Both the position numbers and the translations under genes were made by a program. 64,000 nt of DNA from assembly GCF_006345805.1 (NCBI RefSeq), contig NC_043004.1, forward strand, positions 64,418,001 to 64,482,000. Reading direction: 5' to 3'. A model generated the notes under the pieces. That model did not search any database, had not been told where the DNA came from, and saw only the letters and a list, made by a program, of their open reading frames with translations. Every line of letters begins with the position of its first letter. Positions within the stretch are counted from its first letter, which is position 1. The stretch is from Octopus sinensis (Eukaryota). Shown here one piece after another: positions 13,948 through 26,222 of the stretch.

Positions 13948-14469
13948 ATATATACACACACACACACACACACATGCATCATCTGTGTGTATAACATAAC
14001 AAAAATGTATTATTCTGATCAATGACAAAGAAACAAGAATATCTAGCCACTCTCCCACCCCAGTCATCTTTTGACACCGCCTCTAGGGCAGGTATTTCTG
14101 ATAATTCCAATATCAGCATGGTCTCTCACCTCTCTCTCTTTCTCTCCTATCCTCTAACTTCTCCTCTTCCTTCTCTACATGAAATTCAATCAAAGCCAGC
14201 AATTTCTTTTCATAATGTTTACAGTATTAATTTCCTTATATTTAATGTGTAACTGTTTTGTTTGTGTGCGGCTCTGGCGTTTTGTATGCATATGTTTGTT
14301 TATGAGTGAATGTGTGTGTGTGTGTGTGTGAGTGTGTGTGTCTACTGCTTTTTGTGTGTTTAAGATCATTATAGTTAGTGCATCTATATGGATGTGTCTG
14401 CGTCTGTATTTTTATTTCTATTTATTCCTGACCCTTTTTATCTAACATAGGCTATCGTTACAAACATAC

Positions 14470-14781
14470 ACATGCATGTATGGCATGTGTATAAATATAT
14501 ATATATATATACATATATATATACATATGTATGTATATATGTGTATATATGTATGTATATATAGATATATATGTGTATATGTATATATGCATATATGTAT
14601 GTGTGTGTATATATATATATGTATATGTATGTGTGTATATATATATGTATATGTATGTGTGTATATATATATATGTATATGTATGTCTGTGTGTATATAT
14701 ATATGTATATGTATGTATATATATATATGTGTGTGTGTATATGTATGTATATATATGTATATATATATATATATGTATGTA

Positions 14782-14812
<31 letters not shown>

Positions 14813-14865
14813 GTATGAATATGTGTGTATATGTATGTATATGTGTGTATATATATATACATGTA

Positions 14866-14918
<53 letters not shown>

Positions 14919-14960
14919 ATGTGTGTGTGTTGTATATATATATATATATATATATATACG
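14470..14960. repeat. (TA)/(TATG) microsatellite tract
   Basis: Direct inspection. Confidence 0.95.
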
Positions 14961-15615
14961 AATCAGTAGACAAATGAAAGAAGGGCACTCAACACATTTA
15001 TTGTGAGTTATATTTATGGATCAAAACAGTTTGTTATATTGAAACTCATTAATGCAGAGTGTACTAATTGTAATAAGCCTACAACGTCAGCCTCATTGTT
15101 ATTAAGAGTACTCAAAGCAGTTAGTCTCTGGGTTTCTATACTCCACAAGTAGAAAAGAAGGGGAGATCAATCTGAGTAGGTTTGCATTCCTGTTTATTTT
15201 ACAATCAGATTTAAACTCTACTTATTACAATTTGTTACAGAAGACATAACTGACAATTGAGATTATCTTAGAACTCAGTGTAACACACTATGTATTAAGA
15301 CACACAGACGAACATACACACACACACACACACACACAAATATATATATGTATAGTCTTATATAGGTTTTTATTGGTTTTAGCCAGAGGCTCTAACCATA
15401 CTTGGACACCAGATATATAAATGTACATATATGTATATATATATATATATATATGTATATGTATGTATGATGATGATATATATATATATGTGTGTATATA
15501 TATATATATGTGTATATATGGATATATATATATATGTATATATATATATGTATATGTATATATATACATATATGTATGTATATATATATGTATGTATGTA
15601 TGTATATATATATAT

Positions 15616-15888
15616 GTGGAGGCGCAATGGCCCAGTGGTTGGGGCAGCGGACTCGCGGTCGTAGAATCGTGGTTTCGATTCCCAGACCGAACGTTGTGAG
15701 TGTTTATTGAGCGAAAACACAAAAAGCTCCACAAGGCTCCGGCAGGGGGTGGTGATCCCTGCTGTACTCTTCTGTTGGCCTGCTCACTTAGCCAGCGGGG
15801 TGGCGTCATTCAAAGGCTAAAACAATGCGAACGCATTGTGACCAGCGATGTGTAACTACATCTGACGGACTGGTCGGTCACGTGATCA
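15616..15888 (+). mobile_element. SINE family D
   Basis: tRNA-like head (tggcccagtggtt; ggtttcgattccc); ends ggtcacgtgatca; close to the 55178-55482 copy. Confidence 0.85.
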
Positions 15889-15898
15889 TATATGTATG

Positions 15899-15932
<34 letters not shown>

Positions 15933-15952
15933 TGTATGTATATATATATATG

Positions 15953-15996
<44 letters not shown>

Positions 15997-16247
15997 TGTA
16001 TATATATATATACATATATGTATGTATGTAAATATATATATATGTATGTATATATATACATATATGTATGCATGTAAATATATATATATGTATGTATATA
16101 TATATATGTATGTATGTATATAATATATACATATATATATACATATATGTATGTATATGTATATATATACATATATATATACATATATGTATATATATAT
16201 ATATATATATATACATATATGTATGTATATATAAACATATATGTATG

Positions 16248-16279
<32 letters not shown>

Positions 16280-16640
16280 CATATATGTATGTGTATGTAT
16301 ATATATACATATATGTATGTATATATATATATGTATGTATATATATATATACGTATGTATGTATGTATATATATATTATATGTTATGTATATATATATAT
16401 GTATATATATATGTATGTATATATATATATGTTATGTATATATATGTATGTATATATATATGTATGTATGTATGTATATATATATATATGTATATATATA
16501 TGTATGTATATATATATGTATGTATGTATATATATATATACATATATGTATGTATATATATGTATGAATATATATATATGTATGTATATATATATGTATG
16601 TATATATATATATATGTGTATGTATATATATATATATGTA
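15889..16640. repeat. (TA)/(TATG) microsatellite tract
   Basis: Direct inspection. Confidence 0.95.
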
Positions 16641-16823
16641 GATGAATGAATTATCTTATTAAGGATAATTCGGTTAACCGATACCTGGGTAGCAAATTCA
16701 CGTCAGAAAAACACTGTTGAAGCTACATGCCAAGGGCAGAGATCACGTGCTTTTGTGGAAATTTGTGTGTATTTTTAATAGAAATAAATGAAGGAATGGA
16801 GTTGAATGACGAATTAACAAAAT

Positions 16824-16920
16824 TCCTTTATTCTCGACATATGTTTCGAAGGCTGCATAATCCTAATTTCGAAGGAATAAGGGGTGCATTATGCCGCCTT
16901 CTCATCAGGAAAAACAAGGA
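16824..16920 (-). ncRNA. Type I hammerhead ribozyme, canonical core
   Basis: Minus strand: UCCUUGUUUUUC-CUGAUGA-GAAGGCGGCAUAAU..AUUAUGCAGCCUUC-GAAAC-AUAU-GUC^GAGAAUAAAGGA; 13/14 bp stem II closed by G-C, palindromic stem III ACAUAUGU, bipartite stem I. Confidence 0.85.
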
Positions 16921-17072
16921 ACTTATGTCAGCATCAAGATGAACAAAAACTTTTAGATGACTGCCCACACGGAGCCCATAGTGATAATGAGTGTTTCTTT
17001 AAAATATATATATGTATGTATATATATATGTGTATGTGTGTGTATATATATATATATATATACATATATGCA

Positions 17073-17225
17073 TTGGGCCCCAATTTCGCCAATCTTTTTG
17101 TTGGCTACATTGGGGCCCAAGTATTCTCCCAATTCTCCGGGCCGACCCCTGAACTATACGGTCGCTACATAGACGACTGCAATACCTCTGTTAACTTCCG
17201 TGATATCTCTCTTAGCATCAACCAC
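17073..17225 (+). pseudogene. Penelope-like element reverse transcriptase fragment (internally deleted)
   Basis: LGPNFANLFVGY...PELYGRYIDDC fused to SVNFRDISLSI; matches PLE motifs MGPxxANLF, YxRYIDD and FLD. Confidence 0.8.
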
Positions 17226-17227
17226 CC

Positions 17228-17260
<33 letters not shown>

Positions 17261-17291
17261 TAGGTATATATATATATATTATATATATATA

Positions 17292-17336
<45 letters not shown>

Positions 17337-17921
17337 GTGTGTGTATATACGTATATATATGGGGAAAGTAAGAAGAAAAAAAAATTCAATGAGATAGAGA
17401 GAAGGATTTCCGTCAAAGACAACATCATCAAATAATTAAGTTTGTGAAATAAACAGATCTATTTTTGCTGCCAAACTAGATAAATTCTTTAAATACCGAC
17501 ATCTTCCTATTTGGTGTTTGGTTAGACTTCTTCATTTCTTTGGAAACGGTGAGAGGAAGAATCATGGAAAGAGAGAGAAGAGGGCGGCAGCTTGGGAAAG
17601 AGGAGGAAACAGGCTGATGTAAGGTAAATGGGACAAAGAAAGTAAAAATGGAACCTCTCTCTCTTCTTTCCTCACTTGAAAAATAAATTTTAAAAAATTT
17701 AACACACATATACACACGTTTATGTACTCTTAAAACTGGCATATAAACACTCAAAGAACAACATACGCAATTAAGGAGATCTATAGACACATTCATAGCC
17801 ACATTGGGATGTACATATACACACACATTAATAAGTAACTAGTACACACACACACACATAGATTGACATGTGCAGATACAGATTTTCATATTGACATACA
17901 TACACATGTTTTTAGCCACTG

Positions 17922-18037
17922 ACACACACATGCTTGTATTCACACCAACACATACACAAATGCATGTATTCACACCAACACATACACAAATGCATGTATT
18001 CACACCAACACATACACAAATGCATGTATTCACACCA
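17922..18037. repeat. 30 bp tandem repeat x ~4
   Basis: catacacaaatgcatgtattcacaccaaca repeated near-perfectly. Confidence 0.9.
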
Positions 18038-18344
18038 GCCTGCATGGAAACACACACGTTTTCATACTAACCTACATACATACATACATACATATATATA
18101 TACATACGCACATTCATACCGATACATACATGTTCAGACATATGATCACACAGATGCATACATACACACACATGCACATGTGCACAATGTGACATGCACA
18201 GATATACACATTATCCAACAGACACACACACAGTTACACAATCACACATATACATGCAATCACACTCACACACACAAACACACACACGTTCTTACTCCAC
18301 TGAAACAAATGAGAAATTACCTAAAATAACAACAACACTACACA

Positions 18345-18512
18345 ACCACCACCACCACCACCACCGCCACCACCACCACCGCCACCACCACCACCACCGC
18401 CACCACCACCACCACCACCACCACTACCACCACCGCCACCACCACCACCACCACCACCACCACTACCACCGCCACCACCACCACCGCCACCACCACCACC
18501 ACCACCACCACT
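18345..18512. repeat. (CAC)n trinucleotide tract
   Basis: Direct inspection. Confidence 0.95.
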
Positions 18513-18697
18513 GCCATTTGTGCTAATCTGACACTAGATTTCAAGACTTTCTCCAAATGAAAGTTTACTTCTGTTAGTAACCCAAACCTTGCAGCCACAT
18601 TTTGACTCCGTGATCTGTAAACAAGAGAATACATTAACAAACACAAAGACAAAAGATAAAAATACATAAACATGAAAATAAATAAATCTGTGAGAGT

Positions 18698-18729
<32 letters not shown>

Positions 18730-19009
18730 CAAAGACAGAGGGAGAGAGAAGGAGAGAGAGTCGGGGTGAGTAGATGGGAGTATGAGAGACGTGGGGAGGG
18801 ATTGTTGTTGTTGAACGAGGAGTATATAAATGGTATTAGATTGACATGTCAATGTCGGTTTGGATTTAATATAATGATGTTGTTGTTGTTGTTGTTGTAA
18901 GTGGTGGTGGCGGCGGCGGGATGGGAGTGGTGATGGTGCACTTCCCAGTGGTGGCTGATGTTTGAGGTGTGCAGGAAAGTGAAGTGTAAAACATTGCAGT
19001 GTTTTAAGA

Positions 19010-19182
19010 ATGATGAGGATGATCATAGTGATTGTGTGGTGGTGGTTGTGGTGGTGATGATGGTGGTGGTGGTGGTGGTGGTGATGGTTGTGATGATGGT
19101 GATGATGGTGATGGTGGTGGTGGTGGTGGTGGTGGTGGTGGTGGTGGTGGTGGTTGTGATGATGATGATGTGATGATGATGA

Positions 19183-19265
<83 letters not shown>

Positions 19266-19510
19266 GATAATAATGATGGTGATGGTGATGATGGTAGTTG
19301 TGGTGATGGTGGTTATGATGATGATGGTACTGATAGGGATGTTGATAGTGATGACTGGTGGTCATCATGATGAATATGGTGGTGGTGGTGGTGGTGGTAG
19401 TAGTGATGATGGTGGGGGTGATTGTGATGACTGTGTTGATGATGGTGCCATTTTGATGGTTTACCATGCTAATGCTTTACGTATGAAGGTTGGTGATGGT
19501 GATGACAATG
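19010..19510. repeat. (GGT)n/(GAT)n trinucleotide tract
   Basis: Direct inspection. Confidence 0.95.
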
Positions 19511-19694
19511 ATGGCAGTTTCCATGAAGCTGTTTGCAAAGAACTTATAGTCAATTATCATCACATGTTGGACAGGTTTTCCGAGGCAGTGTTTTACAGCT
19601 GGGTGCTCTTCCAGCCACCAACACCTTACTCACCTTTGACAACATGCAGGGGTCACAGTGCACCTGTTCTAAAACAGGGACATACACTATTAGA

Positions 19695-19870
19695 GGCACA
19701 TGGCTCAGTTGCTAGGGTGTAAGACTCATGATTGTAAAGCTGTGGTTTTGACTCCTGGACCAGACATGTGTTCTTGAGCAAAACACTTCATTTCATATTA
19801 CACCAGTTTACTCAACTGGTAAATGTGGATAATTCTATGACAGACAGGCAACCCATCCAGGGGAGCTGGT
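19695..19870 (+). mobile_element. SINE family C (tRNA head + CORE-like domain), degenerate
   Basis: gtgttcttgagcaaaacacttcatttca...cagtttactcaactgg. Confidence 0.6.
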
Positions 19871-19929
19871 CCTATGATCCTTACAGAGTAATGTAGGCTA
19901 ATCATTATATACACTTCAATATATTATAT

Positions 19930-20660
19930 ATTCTTTCCTACTCTAGGTACAAGGCCCAAAATTTTGGGGGAGGGAGCCAGTCGATTAGATTTACCCTGGT
20001 ACACAGCTGGTTCTTAATTTATCGACCCCGAAAGGATGAAAGGCAAAGTCGACCTCAGCGGAATTTGAACTCAGAACATAAAGACAGGCAAAATACCGCT
20101 AAGCATTTCACCTGGCATGCTAACAATTCTGCCAGCTCACTGCTTTACTATTGTTAATAATAATAATAATGATGGCTTCAAACTATGGCACAAGGCCAGA
20201 AAATTTGGGGGAGGGGATAAGTCGATTACATCCACCCCAGTATGAAACTGGTACTTATTATATTGATCCTGAAAGGATGAAAAGCAAAGATGGTTTTGGC
20301 AAAGTTTGAACTCTGAACATAGAGATAGATGAAATACCACTAAGCATCTTGTCTAGTATGGTAACAGTTCCGCCAGCTAACTGCCTTCCCACTATTAATC
20401 ATGATGATAATAATAATAATGATGATGATGATGATGATGATGATCCTTTCTAATATAGGCGCAAAACCTGAAATTTTAGCGGGAGGGGACACTAGTCGAT
20501 TATATCAACCCCAGTGTTTCACTGGTATTTAATTTTCCAACTCTAAAAGAATAAAAGGCAAAGTCGACCTCGGTGGAATTTGAACTCAGAACGTAGCAGC
20601 AGACAAAATAGCGCAAAGCATTTCGCCTGGCATTCTAACAATTCCGCCAACTCACTGCCA
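19930..20660 (-). mobile_element. Three head-to-tail SINE family E copies separated by (AAT)/(GAT)n
   Basis: atcgaccccgaaaggatgaaaggcaaagtcgacctc..gaatttgaactcagaac-type block at ~20020, ~20260 and ~20540. Confidence 0.85.
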
Positions 20661-20662
20661 TG

Positions 20663-20694
<32 letters not shown>

Positions 20695-21327
20695 TTCAAA
20701 GACAATAGATTTTGGTGAATAGAGACAGAGGGAATTGAACCGAGAACTAATTAAATAAAGAGCTGTGAAAATGACAGCTGAGTGTGAAAAATATTGAAGA
20801 CTAGTGAAAGCATATAGTGTTGTTGCTGTTGTTGTTACAGTTGTTGCTTACAGTGTGGGGGGGGGAAGCATTGGGGAGAAAGGGAGAGAGAGAGAGGCGG
20901 GATGGGAGGTGAAAATAAACCAATATAGCAACATTGAATATAAACCTCCGTTCAATTGGAATGGTCCACTTTCAGCTGTTTGCTTCTTGTTTTCTTTCTT
21001 CTCTTTTCTTTCTACATCATTCCTTCCACTGCCTGCTCCTGCACCCCACCCCCCACCTTCCTGTTTCTTCTTCTTCTTTGCCTCCTTCTTCTTTAGTTTA
21101 TTTCTTTTCTTTGGTTTTTGCGGGGTTTTTTGTTTTGTTTTGCTTTTCGTTTTCCCTGTTCTTCTTGTAAATGGAATTATTTTTTGATTTATGTACGCAT
21201 TTATGAATATCTAAAATATGTATGTACAACTGTAACATATATGTGTGTGTGTGTGTCCATATGCATGTGTTTAAAAATTTACATTGATACATATTGGTGT
21301 GTGTGTATATATATGTGTATATATATA

Positions 21328-21387
<60 letters not shown>

Positions 21388-21399
21388 TGTATATATATG

Positions 21400-21435
<36 letters not shown>

Positions 21436-21949
21436 ATGTACAGACATACATGTACTTACATATCACATGTCACTTCGTATTTGTGTAAATTTGCTCAGTT
21501 TTGAATATATTAGTCAAAGTGATAAAAAGTATTACAATGTTTGAAACGAGACAAGAATTAAATGGGAAAAGAATAGAAGCTAGATATGTCCAATAATAAA
21601 GAACAACAACAACAAGGTCTACAACAATTTTAACAATGCCAACTGCAACAACAATATCACGAAATCTTTTTGTTACTGATATTGAGTGGAATCGTGAAAT
21701 GTAACCTGCATAGTGGTTGGATTGGCTGTTTGGGGAGTACGGAGTGGTTTATGGAAAATTGGAAAACCTTTCCTGGGAATTCTGGTTTTTATAAGACAAA
21801 ATGGTTTAGTGCTTTGGTTTAGGTTGATTTTAAGATAACTTTGGTTGGTTTTCGCCCATCTGTGGTGTAGTTATGAGAGATACAGAATCACATGATCTAG
21901 GTTTGGTTCTCCAAACTGGAACTAAATTTACTTAGGTTATTGATGGGTA

Positions 21950-22170
21950 TCATAATCATCATCATCATGATTTAACATCCATTGGTCATGCTGGCATGGG
22001 TTGGACGGTTCAACCAGAACAGGTAAACTGAGGCGCTGCACCAGACCCCAGTCTGATTTGGCATGATTTCTACAGCTGGATGCCCTTCCTAACACCAACC
22101 ACTCCAAGAGTGTAAGGGGTACTTTTGTGTGCCACCAGAATGGGCAGGTACAAGTTGCATGACACCAGGA
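21950..22170 (-). mobile_element. Family B element
   Basis: catgctggcatgggttggacgg...ggatgcccttcctaacaccaaccactcc. Confidence 0.8.
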
Positions 22171-22439
22171 TATATATATATATATATACTATTTAAAACA
22201 GTTTTATTTGGCTCCATGCAGCTTAAAGTTTCACAGGCTTCTTGAAGAAACCTAGATCATTCAGGCTCAGATTACTGATTCAGTAATTTGAGACTAAACA
22301 AGCTAGGTTCCTTCAAGGAGCCTGCGAAACTTTAAATCGTATTGAACCAAATCAAACGGTTTTAAATGATAATAAATGTAATTCCCACTAAATGTGTGGT
22401 TTTTTCTTTTGTTTATCCACCCATCTGTATGTATATATA

Positions 22440-22562
22440 TCAGGGTAGATGGTGTAAGAAGGGCATCCAACCATAGAAAAACCATGCCAAAACAGATGCC
22501 GAAGCCTGGTGCAATCTTCTATCTGCCAGCTTCTGTCAAACTCCATCAAAGTGGATGTTAAA
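22440..22562 (+). mobile_element. Family B element fragment
   Basis: ggtgtaagaagggcatccaaccatagaaa...gtggatgttaaa. Confidence 0.65.
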
Positions 22563-22564
22563 TC

Positions 22565-22610
<46 letters not shown>

Positions 22611-22613
22611 ATA

Positions 22614-22803
22614 TAGGGAGAGTTTACAAAAAAAACAAAAGACGAAGACAGGTGGTGTACAAAACAAACAAATGTATTAGTATAACGCTCAGGAATAGAA
22701 AAAGTCTTTTACATTTCGAGCCTACGCTCTTCTACAGAAAGGGACACAGAAAAAACAAGGAGGTAAAAAAATGTGTGTAGTGGCTAAAGATCTATCATGG
22801 CGA
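22614..22803 (-). mobile_element. ~190 bp element with minimal hammerhead motif, TA-flanked
   Basis: Minus: ccttt-CTGTAGA-A-GAGC gtag GCTC-GAAAT-GTA-aaag; whole element homologous to 56520-56716. Confidence 0.7.
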
Positions 22804-22834
22804 CATATATATGTGTGTGTGTGTGTTTGTGTAG

Positions 22835-23000
22835 TCAAATCTAAAAATGGAGCATTGAAAATAACAAAGAAGAAGATGTGCACATGGAATGTATTAGTGG
22901 GATGTTCAGTAAAAAGAGAGAGTTTTTGACATTTCGAGCATAGCTCTTTGTCAGAAAGGAAGACACAAAAGTCCAGAGAAGGGAAAATATCACCAACAGC
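22835..23000 (-). mobile_element. Second (sister subfamily) minimal-hammerhead element in tandem
   Basis: Minus: ccttt-CTGACAA-A-GAGC tat GCTC-GAAAT-GTC-aaaa. Confidence 0.65.
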
Positions 23001-23334
23001 ACATGTGTAGTTACATTGCTGAAGTGATCGGAAGTGGAAAGAGATGATAGTACAGGCCATGAAAGGGAGAGTAAGCTATCCCTTTCATCTGTAGACTGAG
23101 GTGGCACTTTGGGGCAGTGCTAGTAACTCCTTAGCTTCCTGTGCCAGGATTGCAGTGAAGACATTGGATAACTGACAAAACAGAGGAGTCCTAGACCAAT
23201 AGCTTGAAGGTTATTGCAGCCAAGAGGAATATTTATACCATCAGACAATTGTTGGGCATCAGCTAACTAGTGAGCTGCTACAGCTGGGCACCCTCATCAT
23301 TGAACATGCTCATTGCACTCGTGTACATCACTTG

Positions 23335-23790
23335 GTACCTAGGATCTTCATTGTGACCTTCTTGGGATATCATTAGTCCTAAATACTGAAACAATTGTAA
23401 GCCATGGCATATATATAACACCAATGGTTCCATTCCACACTTATACATCAGAATGAGACATTATTGGTGCATAAATAGTAACAATGGTAAGAAACCTACC
23501 TTTTGTCAGTTTTATACAGTATGACATGGTTTGTTCAGATACACTACTTGGAAGTTCTGCAATGGAGGATACTAATGTATTCTTGAGAGCAAACCCAACA
23601 CCAGATTCTCTCTGCTGACCCCCAGGTAAGCCTCTCCTAAAAGGTAGTATATCTATAAGTAGGTTCATTTATTTGACCTTCACCAGAGAGACGAGTTTCA
23701 GAGAGCACAACTATATCAAGGGAGTATTTCTTAAGCTCACATGCAATTAGTGCAGTACACACCTGTCTGGCGGCCTCTTGTTGAAATTAT
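23335..23790 (-). pseudogene. RTE-clade LINE remnant: AP endonuclease N-terminus plus small RT C-terminal piece
   Basis: TALIACELKKYSLDIVVLSETRLSGEGQINE, frameshift, GLPGGQQRESGVGFALKN...TIYAP; nearby LFQYLGLMISQEG at 23400-23350. Confidence 0.8.
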
Positions 23791-23794
23791 CAAT

Positions 23795-23831
<37 letters not shown>

Positions 23832-23834
23832 TAT

Positions 23835-24216
23835 CTTACTTGTTTCAGTCATTAGATTGTGGCCATGCTGGGGCACTAGCTTGAAATTTTTATTTTATTT
23901 TTGTAGAACAAATCAACCCCAATACTTATTTATTTATTTATTTATTCATTTCAAGACTGGTACTTATTCAATCAGTCTCTTTTGCTGCACCGTTAACTTA
24001 CACAGACATAAACACATCAATACCAGTTGTGAAACAGTGGTGGGATACACACACATGACGGGCTTCTTTCAGTTTCCATCTACCAAATTCACTTATAAAG
24101 CTTTGATCAGCCTGAAGCTGTAGTAGAGGACCGTTGCCCAAGGTGCAACACAGTGGGACTGAACCCAGAACCATATGTTTGAGAAGCAACCTTCCTACCA
24201 CACAGCCACATCTGCA

Positions 24217-24220
<4 letters not shown>
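23835..24220 (-). mobile_element. SINE family A, full length
   Basis: ttacttgtttcagtcattagattgtggccatgctgggg...accacacagccac. Confidence 0.85.
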
Positions 24221-24260
<40 letters not shown>

Positions 24261-24299
24261 ATTGGTTCGTTTTGTTCTCTTACTTTATTATCATCTTAT

Positions 24300-24585
24300 A
24301 ATCATCATCATCATCATCGTTTAACGTCCGTTTTCCATGCTAGCATGGGTTGGACGGTTCAACTGGGGTCTGGGAAGCCAGGAGGCTGCGCCAGGCCCAG
24401 TCTGATCTGGCAGTGTTTCTACAGCTGGATGCCCTTCCTAACGCCAACCACTCCAAGAGTGTAGTGGGTGCTTTTTATGTGCCACCTGCACAGGTGCCAG
24501 ATGAGGCTGGCAAACGGCCATGATCGGATGGTGCTTTTTACGTGCCACCGGCACGGGGGCCAGACAAGGCTGGCAACGGCCACAA
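24300..24585 (-). mobile_element. Family B element, young
   Basis: (cat)n cgtttaacgtccgttttccatgctagcatgggttggacgg...ggtgctttttacgtgccaccggcacg. Confidence 0.85.
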
Positions 24586-24901
24586 AAAGAAAATGACTCT
24601 CCCCAGACACAATATAATTATTGTAATGTGTTTAAAGAAAAAATGAAAAACATCTACAATGATATCTTAGCTAAGATAAGGGAAAACCAAATGCTAAGAG
24701 AGAGTTATCATCTCATAATAATGACCTTTATGACTCGTATTACTACCTCAGTCAATCTAAATGTATATATTTGTCGTTACCTGTCATAAATAGCCTTTTT
24801 CTATTTGCAATATGCATTTTCGTTGATTTCTTGTATTTTACCCTTACAGTTCCATGTGTATTTTATATTTTCTTTTCGTAACATATTTCTACTACATATA
24901 T

Positions 24902-25092
24902 ATCATCATCATCATCATCATCATCATCATTTAGCGTCCGTTTTCCATGCTAGCATGGGTTGGACGGTTTAACTGGGGTCTGTGAAGCCGGAAGGCTTCA
25001 TCAGGCCCAGTCAGATTTGGCAGTGTTTCTACGGCTGGATGCCCTTCCTAACGCCAACCACTCCGTGAGTGTAGTGGGTGCATTTTACGTGC
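24902..25092 (-). mobile_element. Family B element, young, truncated
   Basis: Same consensus as the 24300 copy. Confidence 0.85.
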
Positions 25093-25139
25093 AAATTATA
25101 AATTGATTAATTAATTTTACCCTTTATTATTATTACATA

Positions 25140-25638
25140 TCTTTATATATAAAAGAGAAGTTGTGTGTCTGTCTCCTACGATTTAGATTCCTAACTACTC
25201 CCACATTTTGCGGTGCAGTTTAACCAAAACCAGGTATCTTATAGTCGTGATTCGTATCGAGCCCATCTGGGTATTAGCGCGCGTCTACGATGAGTCTACG
25301 ATTTAAAAAAAAAATTTACCATAATTTTTTTCCATTTTAATGCATTTTTTCGCTATTATATAAGGGAAGTAACTCTCTAAAAATGTCTAAGATGAGTCAA
25401 CGATTTAAAAAAAAATTTACCATAATTTTTTTCCATTTTAATGCATTTTTTCGCTATTATATAAGGGAAGTAACTCTCTAAAAATGTCTAAGATGAGTCA
25501 ACGATTTAAAAAAAACTTTACCATCATTTGTTTTCCATTTTTAATGCATTTTTTTGTTATTTTTTGGCTATAACTCTCTAAAAATGCTTATATAGTTATT
25601 TCCCTTACAAACCCGAGCAACGCCGGGCGATACTGCTA

Positions 25639-25639
<1 letters not shown>
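25140..25639 (+). mobile_element. Non-autonomous Helitron with internal ~100 bp tandem repeats
   Basis: A|TC start, CTAG|T end, subterminal hairpin cccgagcaacgccggg; about 3 internal repeats at 25288-25590; second copy at 40020-40508. Confidence 0.9.
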
Positions 25640-25676
<37 letters not shown>

Positions 25677-25826
25677 GTAGAAAGGTAAAGAGTACTGTTA
25701 GATGTGTTGTGTATGTGTAGAGCTGAAATGTGAGCGGTGCATGTCAGTGCACAGGTGTCCTCTGTGAAGCAAGTATATGTTGAAGTAAAGCTGACTCACT
25801 ATATACATATATAGTATATAGGTAAT

Positions 25827-25950
25827 GCAGAGCAATCTTCAGCTGCATAAAGACATAGAATTTAATTAATTAGGTATAATGATACTATTGTGTCCATCTG
25901 TTCTAATTTAATTAAATTCTATGTCTTTATGCAGCTGAGGATTGCTCTGC
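25827..25950. repeat. Near-perfect 47 bp inverted repeat, 29 nt loop
   Basis: 25827-25873 vs 25903-25950; one G.U pair and one bulge. Confidence 0.9.
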
Positions 25951-26016
25951 TTTTAAAATGATGTAATGATTGCATTTTTGAATTAAATGAAGTTGCATGA
26001 AACGATCGTATTGCAT
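25929..26016 (+). ncRNA. Type I hammerhead-like motif (weak stem II)
   Basis: AUGCAG-CUGAGGA-uUGC...GCAu-GAAAC-GAUC-GUA^UUGCAU; palindromic stem III ACGAUCGU; 6 bp stem I. Confidence 0.6.
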
Positions 26017-26166
26017 TACCTCTGAATATCCTTGTTCCTTATTTTGATTTTAATCACCTTACTTTGAAATTGTATGGATAATACCGTACTAAATTGTGGT
26101 GCCTCAACTGAAGTACCATATTCATCTGAATCTAAATTTTTACATACATACATATATATACACACG

Positions 26167-26222
<56 letters not shown>

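Noticed and set aside
15616-15690. tRNA-like sequences at SINE heads (also 2295, 3477, 33465, 51190, 55410)
   Set aside because: They continue into SINE bodies and lack a proper acceptor stem; not tRNA genes.
17922-18037. Regular repeats resembling a CRISPR array (also 53075-53378)
   Set aside because: No unique spacers, eukaryotic context, no cas genes.
18194-19722. Poly-His, poly-Val, poly-Met and poly-Asp/Gly ORFs
   Set aside because: Pure trinucleotide tracts open in several frames on both strands.
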